Positions 20,623 to 29,259 of a DNA stretch of 64,000 nt are shown one piece after another. The position numbers and the translations under genes were made by a program. The notes beneath the pieces are model-generated. The model saw only the letters and a list, made by a program, of their open reading frames with translations, was not told the DNA's origin and made no database searches. Source of the stretch: Gammaproteobacteria bacterium (GTDB taxonomy: Bacteria > Pseudomonadota > Gammaproteobacteria > GCA-001735895); contig JAHEKJ010000003.1 of NCBI GenBank assembly GCA_024638385.1, positions 9,402-73,401 on the forward strand, read 5' to 3'. Positions within the stretch are counted from its first letter, which is position 1. Every line of letters starts with the position of its first letter.

Positions 20623-22371
20623 CTAGCGCTTGAATTCGAGCAGCTTGCCGAGCCCCGGCAGGCTCGCCGCCGGCAACATGCCGAGCGCGCGCAGTTCGTC
20701 GAGCACCGGCACCGGCAACGCGGCGCTGGCGGTCTTCTGATTCAGCACGCCCCCGATCACCACCGGCAACTCCAGCCCGGCGAGATCGAGCGCCGCGCGC
20801 AGCTGGCGCGCGTAGTCGAGCGCCATGCCGTTATGCGTGCTCAACAGCAGCGCATCCGCGGCGTCGCGTTCGAGCGCGGCGGCGATGTCGGCGGGCGATT
20901 GTTCGGCGCCGAGCCAGTTGACGCTGGCACCGGCCTCGCCGAGCAACTGCGCCAGCGCGCCGGCGGCGTGCTCGTGCACGTCGGTCGACGCGACGACGAG
21001 CCGCCGACCGGCAATGCGTGCGCGCATTTCGTCGCTGCCGAACAGGTCGCGATGCTCGTCGACGAGGTCGCGCGACAGCGCGCACATGTCGGTGACGAGC
21101 GCCGCGTCCTTATCGAGATGCCCGGCGAACAGCACCTCGAAGCGCGCGGCGCCGAGCCGCTTGAGCACGTACAGCAGTCGCAGCGGGTCGCGGATATCCA
21201 CGCCGCAGTCCGCGAGCCCCGCGAGCGCGCGCTCGAAGATGGCCTGGCCGTCGCGACAAACGGTATCGGCGAATGCCTCGGCGGCGCCGAAATCGACGTG
21301 CGGGAAGAGCCGCCGCGCGCTGGCCTCGACGCGCCGGCCGAACAGCTGTGCTTCGACGATCTCGTCGGCCGACGGTATCCGGATAGCCTCGGTCACCGGT
21401 AACGGCAGCACTGCGTGGCCGCTCGGCGCGTACAGCTGGGCGAGGATGTCCCAGCTCAGGTACTCGGCGGTCAGCGCGCGATTGTGCTCGAACTCGTGGC
21501 CGAACGACAGCGTATCGCCGTAAATCATCGAACCGACGTGCTCACCGCGATGGATGCGCTGTAGCGCGACGACCCAGCCGACCCGGCGCAGCGGATCGCG
21601 GGTCAACCCGCCGATGCAATGCGCGAGGCGCGCACCGACCAGTTCTCCGACCAGATAGTGCTCGAGCATGGCCCAGGCGGCGACCGTTGCGCAGTGGCGG
21701 AACAAAGCGCCATAACCGTCTTCCAGATAGGAATGCAGCATTACGCCGCGCTCGCGAAACTCGGCGAGCAACAGCATCGCCTCGCAGGTTTGCGCCGCCG
21801 TTGCGCCGACATCGTCCCAGCCGGGAGCGGCGAAGGTGAAGTACTGCGACAGGTTGCCGATCGTCGTGCAACCGATCCCGAGGGCGGCGACCGCGTTCGC
21901 AACCGAGGCCGGCTGGCCGATCATGAAGTCGCCGAGGTGCGGCTGAATCGGCGCCGCCTGCGCGAGCGCATCCCAGTCGCGCGAACTCTCGAGCATCGGC
22001 CCGGTCTCGGCCGCGACCCGGCCGCGTCGCTCGGGCGGCAGGCCCATGCGCCGATCGAGCGCGAAACCCGCGCGGTCGAGGCGATGACCGCGGGCCGCGA
22101 GTTCGCGGTGGATGGCGGTCAGCGCCGCGGCGGTCGCGTCGACGTCGTTCAAGCCGATATGCGCGTGATACATGATCCGGCCATCGCGCATCGACTGTTG
22201 CTTGTACTCGAATTCGGAGGCGACGCCGTGCGCGTCGAGGAATGCCGAGCGTCCGAGGCGGATGGCGCCGGCCGTTGCGCGCGCGCGGGCGCGCAGGTCG
22301 GCGACGCGCGGCAGCGGCCTTGCCGCGAGCCGGCGCAAGCCATCGAGGGCGTCGGCGTGCGCCGGGTTCAC
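20623..22371 (-). CDS. B12-binding-domain fusion protein with a ~440-aa N-terminal domain (possibly glutamate-mutase-E-like)
   Basis: 582 aa. The C-terminal ~130 aa show the Rossmann-like cobalamin-binding pattern: RRLVVASTDVHEHAAGALAQLLGEAGASVNWLG...DALLLSTHNG...PVVIGGV. This is a DxH motif with Ala where the canonical DxHxxG has Gly. The N-terminal domain has only loose resemblance to GlmE (for example VTEAIRIPSADEI versus HEAIGIPTKEAN). Confidence 0.5.
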   Translation of the reverse strand: MNPAHADALDGLRRLAARPLPRVADLRARARATAGAIRLGRSAFLDAHGVASEFEYKQQSMRDGRIMYHAHIGLNDVDATAAALTAIHRELAARGHRLDRAGFALDRRMGLPPERRGRVAAETGPMLESSRDWDALAQAAPIQPHLGDFMIGQPASVANAVAALGIGCTTIGNLSQYFTFAAPGWDDVGATAAQTCEAMLLLAEFRERGVMLHSYLEDGYGALFRHCATVAAWAMLEHYLVGELVGARLAHCIGGLTRDPLRRVGWVVALQRIHRGEHVGSMIYGDTLSFGHEFEHNRALTAEYLSWDILAQLYAPSGHAVLPLPVTEAIRIPSADEIVEAQLFGRRVEASARRLFPHVDFGAAEAFADTVCRDGQAIFERALAGLADCGVDIRDPLRLLYVLKRLGAARFEVLFAGHLDKDAALVTDMCALSRDLVDEHRDLFGSDEMRARIAGRRLVVASTDVHEHAAGALAQLLGEAGASVNWLGAEQSPADIAAALERDAADALLLSTHNGMALDYARQLRAALDLAGLELPVVIGGVLNQKTASAALPVPVLDELRALGMLPAASLPGLGKLLEFKR

Positions 22372-23000
22372 GCCTTGCCGATCGGATCGAGAAATTCGAC
22401 TTTACCGGTGTCGAGCGAGTACTCGGCGCCGACGACCTCGAGCCGGCCCGCGTCGATCAGCCGCTCGAGGATTTGCGAGCCGTGGCGCAGATGGCCGACC
22501 GACGCGCGGATATTGGCGCGCACGGCCCGGCGCATCAGGCGCGCGGCATCGTCGCGCATCTCGGTCTCGAGCAGCGTTTCGACCGCCGGCCGAATGCGGT
22601 CGACGATCGCCCGCAGGTTCGGCGAGCGCTGTTCGCTGGGCCGCGCGAGCTCCTCGAGCGTGGCCTCGACCGCGCCGCAGTGGGTATGGCCGAGCACCAC
22701 CACCAGCGGCGAGCCGAAGCGCTCGGCGGCGAACTCGACGCTGCCGATCTGCGACGGCGCGATGACGTTGCCGGCGACGCGAATCACGAAGAGTTCGCCG
22801 AGGCCCTGATCGAATATGATTTCGGCCGGCACGCGCGCGTCCGAACAACCGATCACGATCGCGATCGGCCGCTGCTCGGCGACCAGCCGGTAGCGCCGCG
22901 CGCTGGCCGACTCGGAATCGCCGGCATTCAGATCGGCGACGAAACGATTATTGCCGTCGACGAGGCGCGCGAGCGCCTCGGCTGCAGATATTCCGACCAT
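22368..23000 (-). CDS. Beta-class carbonic anhydrase
   Basis: 210 aa. Zinc-ligand motifs CSDARV and GHTHCGAV. 4-nt overlap with the downstream B12-domain gene. Confidence 0.9.
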   Translation of the reverse strand: MVGISAAEALARLVDGNNRFVADLNAGDSESASARRYRLVAEQRPIAIVIGCSDARVPAEIIFDQGLGELFVIRVAGNVIAPSQIGSVEFAAERFGSPLVVVLGHTHCGAVEATLEELARPSEQRSPNLRAIVDRIRPAVETLLETEMRDDAARLMRRAVRANIRASVGHLRHGSQILERLIDAGRLEVVGAEYSLDTGKVEFLDPIGKA

Positions 23001-23003
23001 TGC

Positions 23004-23369
23004 TCATTCTCCTCCGTTACGATCCGACCAGACCGCGAGCTCGTTGCCGCTGGGTTCGGTAAAGTGAAAGCGGCGACCGCCGGGGAACGCGAAAATCGGT
23101 TTGACGATTTGACCGCCGGCCCGTTCGACGCGGGCCTGCGTCGCCTCGAGATCCTCGCTGTAGAAGACCAGCAGCGCGCCGCCCGCCTGCGTGCTCGAGT
23201 GGAGCGGAGCGCGGTAAAAGCCGCCGTCGAGACCCTCGCCGGCAAACGCACAGTAGTCGGGCCCGTAGTCGTCGAAGCGCCAGCCGAAGGCGGCGGCGAA
23301 AAAGGCCCTGGTTGCATCGAGATCCCGCGCCGGAAACTCGACGTAGTCGATTTTTTCGTGTCGCTTCAT
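23004..23369 (-). CDS. VOC (glyoxalase/bleomycin-resistance fold) family protein
   Basis: 121 aa. IDYVEFPARDLDATRAFFAAAFGW beta-alpha-beta-beta-beta module and C-terminal RRFHFTEPSGNELAVWS. 4-nt overlap with the upstream Mo-enzyme gene. Confidence 0.8.
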   Translation of the reverse strand: MKRHEKIDYVEFPARDLDATRAFFAAAFGWRFDDYGPDYCAFAGEGLDGGFYRAPLHSSTQAGGALLVFYSEDLEATQARVERAGGQIVKPIFAFPGGRRFHFTEPSGNELAVWSDRNGGE

Positions 23370-25462
23370 GCACTGCCTCCCGTGTCGGTCCGAATCCAGA
23401 CCGCGGTATCGTGATAAATGGCGCCGCCGTTGGGCGGCCCGGGTTCGGCCGACACCAGCGCGTTGACGCCGAGCCCCTCGATAAAGGCGTGGTTCGGCCA
23501 GATACTCTCGATGACGACGACGCCGCGCTGCACGCCGTCGAACAGCTTAGCGTGCAGCAGAATATCCGCGAGCCGGTTGCCGACGCGCGCGAGTTCGCCG
23601 TCGCCGAGACCGAGCGCGGCCGCGTCGGCCGGATGGATCAGCAGCGTCGGCCGAGCCTCGGCGCGGCGCGACCCGGGCGTCTCGGTAAAGCTGGTGTTCA
23701 GGAATTGCCGCGCCGGCGCCGCGACCAGGCGAAACGGGTGCTCGTCGTCGGCGGCGTGCATGACCGGCAGGTAATCGGGCAGCGCCGGCATCGCGGCGTA
23801 ATCCGGCCCGACCCGGCTCCAGTCCGGCCTGAAATGAAACCGGCGGTCGGGCGTTTCGAAGCCGTCGAGAAAATTGTCATGCTCGAAGCCACCCGCGCAA
23901 TCGTGCCAGTGCGCCGCGAACAGGGTCGCTTCGTCGGGCAGGCCGCTGCGGCGGAGCGCGTCGTCTATCAGCGCACGCGGGCTCTGCTCGAAACCCGGAT
24001 GGCTGTGACCGAGCCGCCGTGCGAGCTCGGCCAGCACCCGGTGGTTGCTGCGGCACTCGGCGAACGGCTCGATCAGCGCGCGCGTGACCTGCAAATGCGT
24101 ATGACCGCCGGCCTGGTAAAAGTCGTCGTGTTCCAGAAACATCGTCGCCGGCAGCACGATGTCGGCGAACGCCGCGGTCTCGGTCATGAACTGTTCGTGC
24201 ACGCAGACGAACAAGTCGTCGCGCGCGAACCCGGCGAGGACCTTGCGCGTCTCCGGCGCGACCACCGCGGGATTGGTATTTTGCACCAGCAGCGCGGTCA
24301 CCGGCGGGCCGCCCTGCAGATCGCGCGGGTCGCCGGCGAGCACATCGCCGATGCGCGACTGGTCGAGTACGCGCGTCGCCGGGTCGAGCACGTCGAGGCC
24401 CTTGATGACGGTCTGATCGATGCCGTAGATTCCGCCGTTGGCGTAGAGCGCGCCGCCGCCGGGTTCGCGCCAGGCGCCGGTCAGGGCCGGCAGGCAGGCC
24501 GCCGCGTGCATGTTGGCGGCGCCGTTGCGCGAGCGGGTAAACCCGTAGCCGAGGCGCAGAAAGCTGTTTTTGATGCCGCCGTAAAGTCGCGCGAACTCGA
24601 CGATTTCGTCCTCGTCGAGACCGGTGATATCGCTCGCCCAGGCCGGCGAGCGCGACGCCAGGTGCGACTCGAGCTCGCGCGGGACGTCGGTGTAGGCTTC
24701 GAGATACTCGCGGTCGACGAGATCGTCGGCGAACAGCTGGTGCATGACCGCGCAGGCCAGCGCGCCGTCGGTACCGGGGCGCAGCATCAGGTGCAGATCG
24801 GCCTTTTGCGCGGTCGCGTTGCGGTACGGATCGACGACCACCAGTTTCGCCCCGCGTTCGCGTCGCGCGCGGGCGACGTGGTGCATGGCGTTGACCTGGG
24901 TATAGACCGGGTTGCCGCCCCAGATCACGAGCAGGTCGCTGTCGGCCATCGCGCGCGGATCGGAACCGCGCTTGACGCCGGTGCCGGCGATCCAGCCGGC
25001 GTCCGCGAGCGTGATGCAAAACGTCGAGTGCTGGCGCGAAGTCTTCAGCAGGTTGCGGAACAGCTCGATGCTGTCGCGCTGCAGCAGGCCCATCGTGCCG
25101 GCGTAGTGATACGGCCAAAGCGTTTCGCTGCCGTGGCGCTGCATCGCGCGGGCGAAGGCTTCCGCAATCTCGTCGAGCGCGTCGTCCCAGCCGATCTCGA
25201 CGAAGGCGTCACGCCCCCGTCCCCTGGGCCCGCGACGGCGTAGCGGTTGTCCGAGGCGCTCGGGATGATGCACGCGCTCGGCATAGCGCGCGACCTTGGC
25301 GCACAGTACGCCGGCGGTGTAGGAATTATCGCGCGCGCCGCGCACGCGGCCTATGGTGCGCGCGTCGATCAGCTCGACTTCAAGCGCGCAGGTGCTCGGA
25401 CAGTCGTGGGGGCAGGCGGAGTAGCCCACCGCGGGATAGACGACGGCAGCCATGCGCGACAT
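23366..25462 (-). CDS. Molybdopterin (bis-MGD) oxidoreductase with N-terminal 4Fe-4S motif
   Basis: 698 aa. N-terminal CPHDCPSTCALEV cysteine cluster. Typical molybdopterin oxidoreductase stretches (LLVIWGGNPVYTQVN, KLVVVDPYRN, LRPGTDGALA). C-terminal molydopterin-dinucleotide-binding-like domain. Confidence 0.85.
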   Translation of the reverse strand: MSRMAAVVYPAVGYSACPHDCPSTCALEVELIDARTIGRVRGARDNSYTAGVLCAKVARYAERVHHPERLGQPLRRRGPRGRGRDAFVEIGWDDALDEIAEAFARAMQRHGSETLWPYHYAGTMGLLQRDSIELFRNLLKTSRQHSTFCITLADAGWIAGTGVKRGSDPRAMADSDLLVIWGGNPVYTQVNAMHHVARARRERGAKLVVVDPYRNATAQKADLHLMLRPGTDGALACAVMHQLFADDLVDREYLEAYTDVPRELESHLASRSPAWASDITGLDEDEIVEFARLYGGIKNSFLRLGYGFTRSRNGAANMHAAACLPALTGAWREPGGGALYANGGIYGIDQTVIKGLDVLDPATRVLDQSRIGDVLAGDPRDLQGGPPVTALLVQNTNPAVVAPETRKVLAGFARDDLFVCVHEQFMTETAAFADIVLPATMFLEHDDFYQAGGHTHLQVTRALIEPFAECRSNHRVLAELARRLGHSHPGFEQSPRALIDDALRRSGLPDEATLFAAHWHDCAGGFEHDNFLDGFETPDRRFHFRPDWSRVGPDYAAMPALPDYLPVMHAADDEHPFRLVAAPARQFLNTSFTETPGSRRAEARPTLLIHPADAAALGLGDGELARVGNRLADILLHAKLFDGVQRGVVVIESIWPNHAFIEGLGVNALVSAEPGPPNGGAIYHDTAVWIRTDTGGSA

Positions 25463-25575
25463 TGTGCAAGAAGGCAGATGCCGGCGCCAGTACTTCGCCG
25501 CGCCGCCGCACGCTTGTGCTCGAATCGCGAGATGCTAAACTGGGCGCCGTTTGACAGCGTCCCCGAGGAGAGCCA

Positions 25576-26745
25576 ATGAGCGGCCCGGACAAACCCAGTT
25601 TCAAGACCCGCGAGGTACATGCCGGCGTCGCGCCGGACCCGGTCACCGGCGCGATACTGACGCCGATTTACCAGAGCACGACCTATGTCCAGGAATCGGT
25701 CGACCAGTACCTCGAGAAGGGCTATTCCTACAGCCGCTCGGGCAATCCGACCGTGACCGCGCTCGAGGCGCGCATCACCGCGCTCGAGGGTGGCGCCGGC
25801 AGCCTGTGTTTCGCCACCGGCATGGCCGCGACCAGCTGCACGCTGATGGCCTTGCTCGACGCCGGCGATCACCTCGTCCTGTCCGACGTCGTCTATGGCG
25901 GCACCCACCGCGTCACGACCAAGGTGCTGAACCGCTGGGGTCTCGAGGCCAGTTTCGTCGATACCGCCGACGCCGCCAATGTCGAGGCCGCGATTCGCGA
26001 CAATACCCGGCTGATCTTCACCGAAACCCCGGCCAACCCGACGCTCAAGCTGACCGACATCGCGGCGGTATCCGAGGTCGCGCGCGCCCGCGGCATCCCG
26101 CACGTGGTCGACAACACCTTTCTGACGCCCTACTTGCAGCGCCCGCTCGAGCTCGGCGCCGACATCACGCTGCACAGCACGACCAAGTTCATGGAAGGCC
26201 ACAACATCAGCGTCGGCGGTTCGATCACGGCCGCCGACCCGACGCATCTAGAGCAAATCATGTTCGTACGCAACTGCCTCGGCAGCAACATGTCGCCGAT
26301 GGTCGCGTTCTATACCCTGCAGGGCATCAAGACGATGAGCACCCGGCTCGAGGCGCAATCGCAAAACGCGCTCGCTATCGCGCGCTTTCTCGAAACCCAC
26401 CCGATGGTCGAGCGCGTCGCTTACCCCGGTCTCGAATCCTTCCCGCAAAAGGAGCTCGCCGACCGCCAGGCCAGCGGCCACGGTTCGATGCTGTGGTTCG
26501 AGGTCAAGGGCGGCGTCGCCGCCGGCAAGCAGCTGATGGACACGCTCGAACTCTGGAGCCTGGCCGAAAACCTCGGCTCGGTCGAGTCGCTGGTGACGCA
26601 CTCGGTGACGATGACTCATGCCGACATGCCGCGCGAGGAACGGCTCGCCGCCGGCATTACCGACGGCCTCGTGCGTCTGTCGGCCGGGCTCGAGTCGGCC
26701 GACGATTTGATCGCCGATCTGAAGCAGGCACTCGACGGCCTCTAG
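25576..26745 (+). CDS. Cys/Met-metabolism PLP enzyme, cystathionine gamma-lyase-like
   Basis: 389 aa. YSRSGNPT and the PLP-lysine context HSTTKFMEGH. Clustered with a CBS gene. Confidence 0.85.
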   Translation: MSGPDKPSFKTREVHAGVAPDPVTGAILTPIYQSTTYVQESVDQYLEKGYSYSRSGNPTVTALEARITALEGGAGSLCFATGMAATSCTLMALLDAGDHLVLSDVVYGGTHRVTTKVLNRWGLEASFVDTADAANVEAAIRDNTRLIFTETPANPTLKLTDIAAVSEVARARGIPHVVDNTFLTPYLQRPLELGADITLHSTTKFMEGHNISVGGSITAADPTHLEQIMFVRNCLGSNMSPMVAFYTLQGIKTMSTRLEAQSQNALAIARFLETHPMVERVAYPGLESFPQKELADRQASGHGSMLWFEVKGGVAAGKQLMDTLELWSLAENLGSVESLVTHSVTMTHADMPREERLAAGITDGLVRLSAGLESADDLIADLKQALDGL

Positions 26746-26753
26746 CTCCGGGC

Positions 26754-27863
26754 ATGATCATCGTCAGCATCGAATCCTTTGCCACCGAGTACGTGGCAAT
26801 GGTTCGGGTACGCACCGACGATGGTGACGAGGGCTGGGGCCAGGTTTCGCCGTACAACGCCGACATCACCGCCGAAGTCCTGCATCGGCAGATCGCCCGC
26901 CACGTACTCGGCATGGACGCGAGCGATATCGCTGCGGTGACCCAGGTCGTGCTCGACCGCGAACACAAGTTTCAGGGCACCTATCTGTTCCGCGCACTTT
27001 GCGGAGTCGATACCGCGTTATGGGATATCGCGGCGAAACGCGCGGGCAAAAGCGTGCATCGCCTGCTCGGCGGTAATCGCTCAGAGTTTCCGGTTTACGC
27101 GTCGAGCATGAAGCGCGATATCACGCCGCAGGCGGAGGCCGAGCGGATGCTGGCGCTACGCGAGACGCACGGCTACCACTCGTTCAAATTTCGCATCGCG
27201 CGCGAATGCGGCCACGATAGTGATCAATGGCCGGGTCGCACCGAGGAAATCGTCAGGACCATGCGTGAAACGCTAGGCGACGAGGTGACGCTGCTGGTCG
27301 ACGCGAACAGCGGCTACACGCCAGCGAAAGCGATCGAGGTCGGCCACATGCTCCAGGATTATGGCGTCAGTCATTTCGAAGAACCGTGCCCCTACTGGGA
27401 ACTGGACTGGACGCGCCAGGTGACCGAGGCGCTGGATATCGACGTCACCGGAGGCGAGCAGGACAACAACATGATCGTCTGGAAACAGATGATCGACAGC
27501 CGCGCGGTCGACGTCGTGCAGCCCGATATTTGCTACATGGGCGGCATCACGCGTACGGCACAGGTCGCCGAGCATGCCCGCGAGGCCGGCATCCCGTGCA
27601 CGCTGCATTCGGCCAACCTGTCGCTGGTTACGCTGTTTTCGCTGCATTTCATGGCGGCAATCGAAAACGCCGGCAAATACGTCGAGTTTTCGATCGAGGG
27701 ACTGGACTATTACCCGTGGCAGCATAATCTGTTCAGCCCCGGTTTCGAGATCAAAAACGGGAACTGCCTGATTTCCGACGAGCCCGGCTGGGGTATCGAA
27801 ATCGACCCGGAGTGGCTCGCGCTCGGCGAATACCGGGTTAGTTACAATGCCGCCAGTTCATAA
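26754..27863 (+). CDS. Enolase-superfamily enzyme (mandelate racemase/muconate lactonizing family)
   Basis: This is the last 369 codons of the artefactual 770-aa ORF 25551..27863, with the ATG at 26754. Capping domain VRVRTDDGDEGWGQ. Barrel motifs FKFRIA, LLVDANSGY, FEEP, TGGEQD, DVVQPD. Confidence 0.82.
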   Translation: MIIVSIESFATEYVAMVRVRTDDGDEGWGQVSPYNADITAEVLHRQIARHVLGMDASDIAAVTQVVLDREHKFQGTYLFRALCGVDTALWDIAAKRAGKSVHRLLGGNRSEFPVYASSMKRDITPQAEAERMLALRETHGYHSFKFRIARECGHDSDQWPGRTEEIVRTMRETLGDEVTLLVDANSGYTPAKAIEVGHMLQDYGVSHFEEPCPYWELDWTRQVTEALDIDVTGGEQDNNMIVWKQMIDSRAVDVVQPDICYMGGITRTAQVAEHAREAGIPCTLHSANLSLVTLFSLHFMAAIENAGKYVEFSIEGLDYYPWQHNLFSPGFEIKNGNCLISDEPGWGIEIDPEWLALGEYRVSYNAASS

Positions 27864-27884
27864 TCAATTTGAGGGGGACCGCAG

Positions 27885-29252
27885 ATGGAAGTAGTTAATT
27901 CAGTACTCGAGCTCATCGGTAATACGCCGATCCTGAAGCTCAGCAAGTTCGATACCGGTCCCTGCGATCTGTACATCAAGATGGAATCGGAAAACCCGGG
28001 CGGTTCGATCAAGGATCGCATCGCGGTCTGGATGATCGAAGCAGCGGAAAAAGAAGGCAAGATCGAGCCCGGCGGCACGATCATCGAGGCCACCGCCGGC
28101 AATACCGGCCTCGGTCTCGGGCTGGTCGCCGCGCAAAAGGGTTACAAGCTGATTCTCGTCATTCCCGACAAGATGAGCCCGGACAAGATTCGACATATCC
28201 GCGCGATGGGCGTCGACGTGCGCCTGACCCGCTCCGACGTGCAAAAGGGCCACCCCGAGTACTACCAGGACTATGCCAAGCGCCTGGCCGCCGAGATTCC
28301 GAATTCGTACTTTATCGACCAGTTTTCCAATCCGAACAACCCCCGCACCCATCGCGAATTCACCGGCCCCGAAATCCTGCGCCAGATGGATGGCAAGCTC
28401 GACGCGGTCGTCGTCGGTGTCGGTTCCAGCGGCACGGTTACCGGATTGAGCCAGTTCTTCAAGCAAGAGCTACCCGATCTCGAAATGGTGGTCGCCGACC
28501 CGGTGGGTTCGATTCTTGCCGACACGATCAATACCGGAGTAACACCGCAGGCTTCGTCCTGGCTGGTCGAAGGCATCGGTGAGGATTTCCTGCCGCCGAT
28601 CTGCGATATCAGTCTGATCGAAAAAGCCTACGCGATCAGCGACCGGGAAGCCTTCAGCACGCAGCGCGAGTTACTGCGCCTCGAAGGCATTATCGCCGGC
28701 TCGTCGACCGGCACGCTGCTGTCGGCGGCGCTGCGCTACTGCCGCGAGCAAACCGAACCGAAGCGCGTACTGACCTTCGCCTGCGACACCGGCAACAAGT
28801 ATCTGAACAAGTCGTTCAACGATTCCTGGCTCGCCGACCAGGGTTTGCTCGAGCGCGAGTCCCACGGCGACCTGCGCGACCTGATCGCGCGGCCGATGGA
28901 CAGCGGCGATATGGTCACGGTGACCCCCGAGGACAACCTGATCACGACCTACAAACGCATGCGCATGTTCGACGTATCGCAGCTACCGGTCGTACAGGAC
29001 GGACATATCGTCGGCCTGATCGACGAATCCGACATCCTGCTCGGGATCTACGAGGACAAGGACAGCTTCCAGATGCTGGTCGGCGACGTCATGGTCAAGG
29101 ACCTCGACACCATGTCGCCGACCGCGTCGATCGACGACGTCGTCGAATTGTTCAAGCAGGACAAGGTCGCCATCGTCGCCGACGGCGACGTCTTCTACGG
29201 GTTGATCACGCGCATCGACCTGATTAACCACCTGCGCAAACAGATGCTGTGA
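27885..29252 (+). CDS. Cystathionine beta-synthase (PLP fold-II domain plus CBS pair)
   Basis: 455 aa. IGNTPILKL, PGGSIKDRIA (PLP Lys), TAGNTG, GVGSSGTVTG. Two CBS motifs in the C-terminal ~120 aa. Confidence 0.9.
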   Translation: MEVVNSVLELIGNTPILKLSKFDTGPCDLYIKMESENPGGSIKDRIAVWMIEAAEKEGKIEPGGTIIEATAGNTGLGLGLVAAQKGYKLILVIPDKMSPDKIRHIRAMGVDVRLTRSDVQKGHPEYYQDYAKRLAAEIPNSYFIDQFSNPNNPRTHREFTGPEILRQMDGKLDAVVVGVGSSGTVTGLSQFFKQELPDLEMVVADPVGSILADTINTGVTPQASSWLVEGIGEDFLPPICDISLIEKAYAISDREAFSTQRELLRLEGIIAGSSTGTLLSAALRYCREQTEPKRVLTFACDTGNKYLNKSFNDSWLADQGLLERESHGDLRDLIARPMDSGDMVTVTPEDNLITTYKRMRMFDVSQLPVVQDGHIVGLIDESDILLGIYEDKDSFQMLVGDVMVKDLDTMSPTASIDDVVELFKQDKVAIVADGDVFYGLITRIDLINHLRKQML

Positions 29253-29259
29253 AGCTCGG

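Noticed and set aside
25463-25575. Possible riboswitch (SAM or B12) in the divergent region between the Mo-oxidoreductase and gamma-lyase genes.
   Set aside because: I could not recognise any conserved riboswitch core motif by eye. The region is only 113 nt and must also hold two promoters.
25551-27863. 770-aa plus-strand ORF spanning the gamma-lyase and enolase-superfamily genes.
   Set aside because: The first ~400 codons are an Arg/Pro-rich alternative frame of the gamma-lyase gene. Only the last 369 codons (from ATG 26754) read as a real protein. The same logic applies to 54603..56423 (only yjbQ is real), 37455..38417 (only glnB is real) and 43284..43958 (only acpS is real).
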